From Thermodesulfobacteriota bacterium (lineage in GTDB: Bacteria; Desulfobacterota_D; UBA1144; Nemesobacterales; Mycalebacteriaceae): DNA of 64,000 nucleotides. The notes beneath the pieces were generated by a model. It did no database searches, was not told the DNA's origin, and saw only the letters and a program-made list of their open reading frames with translations. Shown one piece after another: positions 48,787 through 57,816 of the stretch. Positions within the stretch are counted from its first letter, which is position 1. Every line of letters starts with the position of its first letter. The stretch lies in assembly GCA_965226585.1 (NCBI GenBank), contig OZ245366.1:160001-224000 (forward strand), written 5' to 3'. A program made the translations under genes and the position numbers.

Positions 48787-49994
48787 AAGGTTTTCGGGGA
48801 ATTCTCTATAACACGGAAAAAACGGGTGATATTTCCCGTCTGGTCGCCCCGCCTTATGACGTGATAAATACCGAAGAGCAAAACGCTCTGTACGAAAAAC
48901 ATCCTTTCAACTGCGTGCGGCTTATTCTCTCGCGGGAGCCGGGAGAAAAACGCTACGCGGACTCCGCGAAAACTCTCAAAAACTGGCTGGATGAAGAAAT
49001 TCTCCGCATGGACGAAAAACCGGCGATTTACGGATATTTGCAGGAGTTTGAATTCGGCGGAAAACATTTTACGAGAAAGGGCTTCATAGCGCGGGTGAAA
49101 ATAGAAGACTTTGAAAGCGGCGTGATTCTTCCGCATGAAAAAACCTTCAAAAAACACAAAGACGACCGCCTTAAACTGACATCCGCTTGCGAAGCGAATT
49201 TGAGTCAGGTTTTTTCAATTTATTCAGACCCCGGAGGGGATGTTGAGAAAACCCTTTCCGGCGCGGCGGAAAAGCCGTTTGCGGAAATAGATTTCGGGGG
49301 AATAAAAAACACTCTCTGGAGGGTGAACAGTCCGCAAGCCCTTGAGCGCGTGGGCGATTTAATGGCTGATAAAAAACTTCTTATCGCAGACGGTCACCAC
49401 CGCTATGAAACGGCGATAAATTACAGAAACATTTGCAGGGGCGAAAACAAACCCGGAGATTCCCACGAATATGTGATGATGTTTCTCTCAGGCGCGGAAT
49501 CAGACGGTCTTATAGTTGAGCCGACTCACAGAGGGGTGAAAAACTTTCACGGCGTATCTGCGGAAGAACTCGCCCTGAATTTGAAAAAAGAGTTTGACTG
49601 CGAAGAAACGCGCGCGGAAAACTGTGATGAAATACGGCGCGACCAGTCAGTTTTTGTTTATGACGGCGGAAAAAAGGCGGTTATTTTTTCCCCAAAAAAC
49701 AGCGGGGAAAACTATATGACCATGGGCGTTGTAACCTTGCAGGATAAAGTGATAGGGGAAATTATTGAAAAAGAAATGAAAGGCGAGCCTCCTGAAATCA
49801 CCTACATAAAATCACGCGGTGAAATGCTCAATCTTATAAAAAGCGGTGAGTGCGAAGCCGGTTTCATAATGCCGCGCCCGCTTATAAGGGATATTATGGA
49901 CGCCTCGGAAAAAGGCGTGAGAATGCCGCAAAAAACAACATATTTTTATCCTAAAATTCTTTCGGGCATTGTTATAAATCCGCTCAGGGATTAA
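48774..49994 (+). CDS. DUF1015-family protein
   Basis: [40 protein letters not shown]. Confidence 0.9.
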   Translation: MAVVKGFRGILYNTEKTGDISRLVAPPYDVINTEEQNALYEKHPFNCVRLILSREPGEKRYADSAKTLKNWLDEEILRMDEKPAIYGYLQEFEFGGKHFTRKGFIARVKIEDFESGVILPHEKTFKKHKDDRLKLTSACEANLSQVFSIYSDPGGDVEKTLSGAAEKPFAEIDFGGIKNTLWRVNSPQALERVGDLMADKKLLIADGHHRYETAINYRNICRGENKPGDSHEYVMMFLSGAESDGLIVEPTHRGVKNFHGVSAEELALNLKKEFDCEETRAENCDEIRRDQSVFVYDGGKKAVIFSPKNSGENYMTMGVVTLQDKVIGEIIEKEMKGEPPEITYIKSRGEMLNLIKSGECEAGFIMPRPLIRDIMDASEKGVRMPQKTTYFYPKILSGIVINPLRD

Positions 49995-50010
49995 AATAAC
50001 CTGTGGCAAA

Positions 50011-51807
<1,797 letters not shown>

Positions 51808-51819
51808 GGAATTCCTGAA

Positions 51820-52560
51820 ATGAAAAAAGAAATAGTCACAAAACTCAAGAAAGTCGGAAAAACCGTGGATAAAGACAGGGAGTTTCCCACCGATGGGTGT
51901 AAAGAAGCCGGAAAATTGGTTGAGAATTTGAAGGAATACCCTCATGCATTCGTCATAGGTTGTATTCTCGACAGGCAAGTTAAAGCAGAAGTGGCCTGGT
52001 TGGGTCCCGTGAGAATCCAAAAAAGAGTTGGCAACTTCAGGTTTCAGACATTGAAAAACCTTTCAGAGTCTGAGTGGAAAGCGATTTTCAACAAACCTCC
52101 AAAAATTCACCGATTCACCGATCAAATGGCGAGTCTAACTTATAAAGCAGTCCAACGCATCGCCGACACATACAAAAACGACGCCTCAAATATATGGACA
52201 GGTAATATTTCAAGTGGAGAAATTATATGCCGCTTTCTGGAGTTTGAGGGAATTGGAAAGAAAATCGCCGCAATGGCAACAAAGATTTTGAGGATCACTT
52301 TCGGAACAAAGATGTCCAGTTACAGTGCGATTGATGTTGCCATAGACGTTCATGTTAAAAGGGTCTTTTACAGGTTGGGGCTTATTCCTAAAGAGGACGG
52401 AGATATGGCAATTTACACGGCGCGCGATTTAAATCCTGAGTTTCCAGGAATTTTGGACACTCCTGTCTGGCATATAGGACGCGAATGGTGCAAAGCACAA
52501 AACCCTGACTGCAAAACCTGCCCTATGAATAAACTGTGTATTAAACAAGGCGTTAGTTAA
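51820..52560 (+). CDS. HhH-GPD superfamily DNA glycosylase with [4Fe-4S] FCL motif (divergent, TIGR03252-like N-terminus)
   Basis: HhH FEGIGKKIA, catalytic-type AIDVHVKRV, C-x6-C-x2-C-x5-C, and PHAF..GC.LDRQ..AE.AW..P / HRF...MA. AT-rich. Confidence 0.85.
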   Translation: MKKEIVTKLKKVGKTVDKDREFPTDGCKEAGKLVENLKEYPHAFVIGCILDRQVKAEVAWLGPVRIQKRVGNFRFQTLKNLSESEWKAIFNKPPKIHRFTDQMASLTYKAVQRIADTYKNDASNIWTGNISSGEIICRFLEFEGIGKKIAAMATKILRITFGTKMSSYSAIDVAIDVHVKRVFYRLGLIPKEDGDMAIYTARDLNPEFPGILDTPVWHIGREWCKAQNPDCKTCPMNKLCIKQGVS

Positions 52561-52566
52561 ACACTC

Positions 52567-52650
52567 CTACTCAAAGCAGAAGCCGACAAGCATAAAAATT
52601 GCCAGAAGTCCTACGACGATTTTAATAGCCGCGCAGAAAAACTCTATCAT
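52567..52650 (-). CDS. Putative 27-aa hydrophobic small protein
   Basis: MIEFFCAAIKIVVGLLAIFMLVGFCFE*, translated by hand. AAGGAGGG lies upstream but is poorly spaced. Confidence 0.3.
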   Translation of the reverse strand: MIEFFCAAIKIVVGLLAIFMLVGFCFE

Positions 52651-52687
52651 TGCCACAAATATATGCCATTGCCCTCCTTTTCCCCTT

Positions 52688-54382
52688 TCAACCCTTCTTC
52701 ATCCTCTCTCTCATCGGTTCGGTAATAAAATAAGTTGCGGGGCTTATCGCGTCCGGGTCTGTGCGGATATTTACCACATACGGCTTTTTTGAAGCAACCG
52801 CCCTCTTTAACACTCCTTCAAGTTCTCCAAATTCCGCCACAAACTCCCCTTCTCCTCCCATTGCCACGGCGATTTTATGAAACGGAACCTCGCCAAGCAT
52901 AACGCCGTCAAGCGGGGCTTTTTCACCGTAGGTTATTCGTATCTGATTTCGCGTCATTCCCCATGACCCATCGTTGCAAACCACAATTACAACCGGCAAT
53001 TTGTGTCTAACCGCCGTTTCAAACTCCATAAAATTCATACCAAGTGCGCCGTCTCCTGTTATCAAAATTACGGTATTTTCAGGACGCGCCGCCTTTGCGC
53101 CGAGAGCAAACGGAAACCCCACGCCCATACAGCCGAGAGGCCCGCCCTTTACATAACCCGAAGGAATTTCCACACGGCAAACCGCATCCGTCCACGCCTG
53201 ACTGTCTCCCCCGTCGGGAACAAAAACCGTCTCCGGCGGGGCAATTTTATTTACCGCCTCAACAACCGAAACGGGATGAATCGCGCCCTTTTTTGTTGAA
53301 GCGTTTTTTTCAGCGAAAAACACCCGCGCCTTCTTTTCAGAAATCTTTTTTATTTCCGCAGTCCATTTGTCAAAAATCGGCGGCGACTTTTTCAACCTGC
53401 CGTTTAATTTTTCCAGCGCAAGTCGCGCATCAGAAACAACGGGAATATCAACATCCCTGTTTCTGCCCATTTCCGAGGGCTCAACATCTATCTGCGCTAT
53501 AAGGGCTTTTTTATTAAAGGTTTTTCCAAAACCCATAAAAACCCCCGCCCGGACACCAATAAGCAAAATAAAATCCGCCTTCGCGGTTGCTTCGGAAAAA
53601 CCAAAGGGCGATGACGGACTCGCGGGCCCAAAACAGAACGGGGAGGAATCAGCGATAATTCCCCTTCCAAGATGGAGAGTGAAAAAAGGAGCGCGAATAT
53701 TTTTTGCGAGTTTTGCGATTTCATCTCCCGCGCGGGAATAAAACGCGCCGCTTCCCGCTATAAAAACCGGCTTTTTCGCCGCTCTAACCGCCGCCGCAAG
53801 TTCATCCGTTAAACCCTCAGGCGGAGCGGGGTTTTCTATTTCAGACAGATACGGCTTTTCAACCTCGCGGGCGGAACAAAACGGATATAAAACCTCATAC
53901 GACATTCCAAGATACACGGGACCGGGTCTTCCGGTTTTTGCCGCCCGCCACGCATCCGACACATAGCGCGGAATTCTCGCGGTCTCATAAACAGTTCTCA
54001 CCCACTTTGCCACCGGACGCGCCATAGACTCCTGGTCTATCTCCTGAAGCGAAAGACGGTCGTTTTCCTCTATTCCAGATCTGCCGGAAATTACCACAAG
54101 CGGCGAATTGGCGAGCCGGGCAACCGCCATGCCGGTAAGGGTGTTGGTAAATCCGGGACCCGCTGTTACAAGACACACGGCGGGAGAGCCGGTTGCGCGG
54201 GCGTAAGCGTCTGCCGCCATTGCCGCGCCCTGCTCGTTATGTGTGTCAACAAGGCGTATTCCAATCTCCGCGCAAGCCTTGTAGACGGGATTTATATGCC
54301 CGCCGCCAAGCGTGAAAACATCTTTCACACCCAGTTTTTTGAGGGTTTCCGCGAGAAGCCTGCCTCCCTGTTTATCAGCCAT
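52688..54382 (-). CDS. Thiamine pyrophosphate-dependent enzyme (acetolactate synthase-like / 2-hydroxyacyl-CoA lyase-like)
   Basis: GGGHI.P, HNEQGAAMAADAYAR, TAGPG.TN, G.LGCMGVG, GDGALG...NDGSWG. Confidence 0.9.
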   Translation of the reverse strand: MADKQGGRLLAETLKKLGVKDVFTLGGGHINPVYKACAEIGIRLVDTHNEQGAAMAADAYARATGSPAVCLVTAGPGFTNTLTGMAVARLANSPLVVISGRSGIEENDRLSLQEIDQESMARPVAKWVRTVYETARIPRYVSDAWRAAKTGRPGPVYLGMSYEVLYPFCSAREVEKPYLSEIENPAPPEGLTDELAAAVRAAKKPVFIAGSGAFYSRAGDEIAKLAKNIRAPFFTLHLGRGIIADSSPFCFGPASPSSPFGFSEATAKADFILLIGVRAGVFMGFGKTFNKKALIAQIDVEPSEMGRNRDVDIPVVSDARLALEKLNGRLKKSPPIFDKWTAEIKKISEKKARVFFAEKNASTKKGAIHPVSVVEAVNKIAPPETVFVPDGGDSQAWTDAVCRVEIPSGYVKGGPLGCMGVGFPFALGAKAARPENTVILITGDGALGMNFMEFETAVRHKLPVVIVVCNDGSWGMTRNQIRITYGEKAPLDGVMLGEVPFHKIAVAMGGEGEFVAEFGELEGVLKRAVASKKPYVVNIRTDPDAISPATYFITEPMRERMKKG

Positions 54383-54408
54383 GGTCAACTATTTTACTGA
54401 AAAAACTC

Positions 54409-55302
54409 CTACTCTATACCAAGTTGCTTTCTCATTTTCACATCAGACAGACGGTTTCTTTTCCAGTAGTCGGAAAGCAGGGTTTTCTTTATCCGCGCCA
54501 CACTTTCCACCCTTGGCGCTCCGGCTCCCCATCCGCTTTGATACTCTTCGCGCCACGAGACGATTTTATGCGGGAAAGCGGTCTCAAAATCCATCTCAAA
54601 CACCCTTTCCGTGTCGGGAAAGTAGAGCGAGTATCTCGTAACGCCCTTTTTCGGGGTTGAGATTTTAGCGTCCGCCTCCTCAACACCCAGTCTTGTGTGG
54701 AGAAGCCGCGTTATCAGAAGCCCCGGAACCACCTTTATCCTTCCGGTTGGCAGGGAAGCGGGGTTGATGCGGGCGCGCGTCCATATCTCGTCTTCAAGAA
54801 ATGCCCCCGGAATCTTGAAATTTCTGTCGCCGTCGCTCTCAAAGTATGAATAAGTTCGCGCCCGGTAGCGGTTTCCCTTGAGGTTCAACTGCGCGAAAAC
54901 GTTTCCGCACCACTCCTGGGACGAAAGTGTGGCTTTCAAAGTGCGCGGGTCTTTCCCCTCAACAGGTGTGAAAACAGATGACATCGTTGAATACCTGTAA
55001 ACGCCCGTGTTGAACTTTTTGACAAGGTTGAGTTTGAGAACCCTGACGGCATCGCCGCCCGCAGAGGAGGGATTGTCCAGCTTCACGTGTTTTGACCGCG
55101 AAAAATCTTCGGTAACAAATATCAGAACCGCATAGCCGGGATGTTTTTCGCCGTAGCGCGCTTGAGAAAGGCCGTAACTGGTTATCTCCGCCTTTCCCGC
55201 GTACCAGTATTTCTCAAACTCCCCGCCTTCCGCAGATTTGGCGGACGCAGACACGGACAAGGCAAACAACAGAACAAACAGAAACCGGGCGGTGATGAGC
55301 AT
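54409..55302 (-). CDS. Secreted conserved hypothetical protein
   Basis: Signal peptide; YWYAGKAEITSY.L.QARYGE, IFVTEDF, SQEWCG, EDEIW. Confidence 0.7.
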   Translation of the reverse strand: MLITARFLFVLLFALSVSASAKSAEGGEFEKYWYAGKAEITSYGLSQARYGEKHPGYAVLIFVTEDFSRSKHVKLDNPSSAGGDAVRVLKLNLVKKFNTGVYRYSTMSSVFTPVEGKDPRTLKATLSSQEWCGNVFAQLNLKGNRYRARTYSYFESDGDRNFKIPGAFLEDEIWTRARINPASLPTGRIKVVPGLLITRLLHTRLGVEEADAKISTPKKGVTRYSLYFPDTERVFEMDFETAFPHKIVSWREEYQSGWGAGAPRVESVARIKKTLLSDYWKRNRLSDVKMRKQLGIE

Positions 55303-55328
55303 AACGCTTTTATGATAACGAACATTTC

Positions 55329-55357
55329 TTGAAATTTCGCCGCCGTGTTGGTATATT
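55329..55357 (+). promoter_or_regulatory. Putative promoter of rpmG-rpmB
   Basis: TTGAAA-17-TATATT with extended -10 TG. Confidence 0.65.
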
Positions 55358-55398
55358 GCCGTCTCTCAGAAAAGAGAGAGGGTGAGGTTACAGAAAAG

Positions 55399-55560
55399 AT
55401 GGGAAAACAGGGAAACAGGTTTATGGTGAAGATAAAAAGCACCGAAAGCCACCACATCTACTACACCGAGAAGAACAGGGTGAACACCGAAGACCGCCTT
55501 GAACTCAAAAAGTTCGACCCGGTTGTGAGAAAGCACGTTCTCTACAAGGAGACCAAGTAA
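55399..55560 (+). CDS. rpmG: 50S ribosomal protein L33 (Cys-free form)
   Basis: [31 protein letters not shown]. Confidence 0.95.
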   Translation: MGKQGNRFMVKIKSTESHHIYYTEKNRVNTEDRLELKKFDPVVRKHVLYKETK

Positions 55561-55802
55561 TGGCGCGAAAATGCTCAATCACCGGCAAAAAGCCGCTTGC
55601 GGGAAACAGAGTTTCGCACGCGAACAACAAAGTCCGCCGCCGCCAACTGCCGAACCTTCAAACCAAAAGAATATTTGTTCCCGAACTGGACAAGTTCGTG
55701 AAAATCAAACTGTCCGTCCGCGCGCTGCGCACGGTTGACAAAAAAGGGCTTCTCCCGTTTCTGAAAAGCGAAGGGCTCACACTCTCAGACGTTACAAGAT
55801 AA
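55560..55802 (+). CDS. rpmB: 50S ribosomal protein L28
   Basis: [23 protein letters not shown]...PNLQ; TAATG overlap with rpmG. Confidence 0.96.
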   Translation: MARKCSITGKKPLAGNRVSHANNKVRRRQLPNLQTKRIFVPELDKFVKIKLSVRALRTVDKKGLLPFLKSEGLTLSDVTR

Positions 55803-55805
55803 GGG

Positions 55806-56717
55806 CTATCCCGTTACATACAGGATCAGGGTCGGCAGAACGAGAAACGATGCCGCCGTTCCAACCGCTATAACAGACGCCACCTTTTCGGGGTCGGCAT
55901 TGTATTTCTCCGCGAGCACAAGGCAGGTTACCGCAGTCGGCATCGCGCACTGGATAATCATCACCTTTGAGGCGAGAGGGGTAACGCTGAAAAACGGCAT
56001 TACGGCAAGCGCGGTGAAAAACCCGAGCGCGATGCGCGAAAGCCCGAAAAGAGATGAAGACCAAAAGCCGGAAATAGAACACTGCGAAAGCCGGTAGCCG
56101 AGAATAAACATCATCCCCGGAACCGCTATCTCTCCCAGCAGTCCTACGCTTCTGGAAAGGTAGAGCGGCATCTCCCAGCCGCTGAAATTTATCCACATCC
56201 CTCCCACGGCGGAGTATATGAGGGGCAGTTTGAAAATCTCATACACAGCCCCCTTCGGACTCACAAGGGCAACCCCCGCCGTGTAGTGAAGAAAAGCCAT
56301 CGCCACCATGCACACAACGGCAATTTGAAAGCCCTCCTGACCGAAGGCGAACAGAATAAGCGGCAGTCCCATGTTGCCGTTGTTGGCAAAAATTATTGTC
56401 GGCAGATAAACGGGGCGGGAAAGTTTGAGAACCTTTGTCATAAACATCCCCGCAAGGAAACAGACGGCGGAAACGCAGAAGAAAAACCCGAATATGCGGG
56501 CGACAAAAGGAAAATCCAGCCCCGGAGACGCAAAGGAAGAAAGTATCAGGCACGGGGCGGCAACGTAGAGAACAAGGTCGTTAACCGGGGCAACATCAAT
56601 CCGCTTGAGTTTGCCGAAAACAAAGCCCGCCGCCACAATGATAAAAACGGGCAGAACGATATGGGCAATTCCCGCGTCCGCTATCTCAAACCTGAGCGGG
56701 AAATGAAAATCGGGCAT
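55806..56717 (-). CDS. AEC (auxin efflux carrier) family transporter
   Basis: LPVF, AAPCLI, N.GNMGLP, P.IYS, MPTAV..LV.AEKY; TAATG overlap with the fabH stop. Confidence 0.88.
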   Translation of the reverse strand: MPDFHFPLRFEIADAGIAHIVLPVFIIVAAGFVFGKLKRIDVAPVNDLVLYVAAPCLILSSFASPGLDFPFVARIFGFFFCVSAVCFLAGMFMTKVLKLSRPVYLPTIIFANNGNMGLPLILFAFGQEGFQIAVVCMVAMAFLHYTAGVALVSPKGAVYEIFKLPLIYSAVGGMWINFSGWEMPLYLSRSVGLLGEIAVPGMMFILGYRLSQCSISGFWSSSLFGLSRIALGFFTALAVMPFFSVTPLASKVMIIQCAMPTAVTCLVLAEKYNADPEKVASVIAVGTAASFLVLPTLILYVTG

Positions 56718-57703
56718 TACAACCTCACTACGCACGAACCCCAGGTAAATCCGGCTCCGAACGCGGCAAGAAGAAGCGTGCTTCCCTCAGACACCCTGCC
56801 CTCTTTTATCGCTTCATGCAGGGCAATGGGTATGGAGGCGGACGAGGTGTTGCCGTAGCGGTCAAGATTTACCGACACTTTTTCTTCCGGCATGTCCATT
56901 CTTTTTCTAATCGCCTCTATGATTCTCAAGTTCGCCTGATGGGGAATGAAAAGGTCTACGTCTGAGGGTTTTACGCCCGCGAGTTCCATCGCTTTGTCTG
57001 AAGCCGTTTCCATCGCTTTGACGGCAACTTTGAAAACTTCGTTGCCTTCCATTTTGAGAAAATGCTCGCGGTTTTTCACGCTCTGCTCGCTTGCGGGAAT
57101 GCGCGAGCCGCCGCCCGGCATGTAGAGCAGATTCCAGTTGTCTCCGTCCGAACACATGAGGGATGAGAGTATTCCGGGAGTGTCTGATTTCCGGAGAACC
57201 GCCGCCCCTGAGCCGTCTCCGAAAAGAACGCAGGTTGACCTGTCTTCGTAGTCCACAACTTTTGACAGGGATTCGGCTCCAACGGCGAGCACTGTTTCCG
57301 CCCTGCCGCAATCTATCATGTCTCTTCCTATGTGAAGGGCGTAGAGAAAGCCCGAACAGCCCGCGAGAATATCAAATGAGTAGGCGTTTTTCGCTTTTAG
57401 TTTGCTCTGTATGATGCATCCGGTTGAGGGGAAAAGGTAGTCCGGGGTAACGGTGGCAACCACAATAACGTCTATTTCCGAAGGGGAAACATTCGCGGCG
57501 GCAAGCGCGCTTTCGGAGGCGGCAAGAGCCATGTCGGAAGACGCCTCGTTTCCCGCCGCGATTCTTCTTTCCCTTATCCCCGTTCTTGTGGATATCCACT
57601 CGTCCGAGGTGTCAACTATTTTTTCAAGGTCGTGATTGGAGAGAACTTTTTCCGGGGCGTAAGATCCTATTCCCGCAATTCTTACGAAACTCATCTTCGC
57701 CAT
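56717..57703 (-). CDS. fabH: 3-oxoacyl-ACP synthase III
   Basis: DTSDEWI..RTGI, AGCSGF, LFGDG, PHQAN, GNTSSASIP, GAGFTWG. True start may be ATG 57694. Confidence 0.97.
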   Translation of the reverse strand: MAKMSFVRIAGIGSYAPEKVLSNHDLEKIVDTSDEWISTRTGIRERRIAAGNEASSDMALAASESALAAANVSPSEIDVIVVATVTPDYLFPSTGCIIQSKLKAKNAYSFDILAGCSGFLYALHIGRDMIDCGRAETVLAVGAESLSKVVDYEDRSTCVLFGDGSGAAVLRKSDTPGILSSLMCSDGDNWNLLYMPGGGSRIPASEQSVKNREHFLKMEGNEVFKVAVKAMETASDKAMELAGVKPSDVDLFIPHQANLRIIEAIRKRMDMPEEKVSVNLDRYGNTSSASIPIALHEAIKEGRVSEGSTLLLAAFGAGFTWGSCVVRL

Positions 57704-57816
57704 TATTATTTCAAAAAATGGCTATGTCAAACTGTTTGTTGAAAGAGGGAAAGTTGTGATACACTTCCGCCCGTGCAAATGCGTAACTCGCGCGACCGCA
57801 CGACCGCAGGATTTTT

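Noticed and set aside
52561..52687. Possible replication terminus/dif at the apparent G-to-C skew flip
   Set aside because: No XerC/XerD dif-like 28-mer; the flip follows gene orientation, as at other convergent junctions.
57704..57816. Riboswitch or Fur/Pho box upstream of the TonB-dependent receptor
   Set aside because: Too short for a cobalamin/TPP riboswitch and lacking their conserved boxes; largely explained by divergent promoters.
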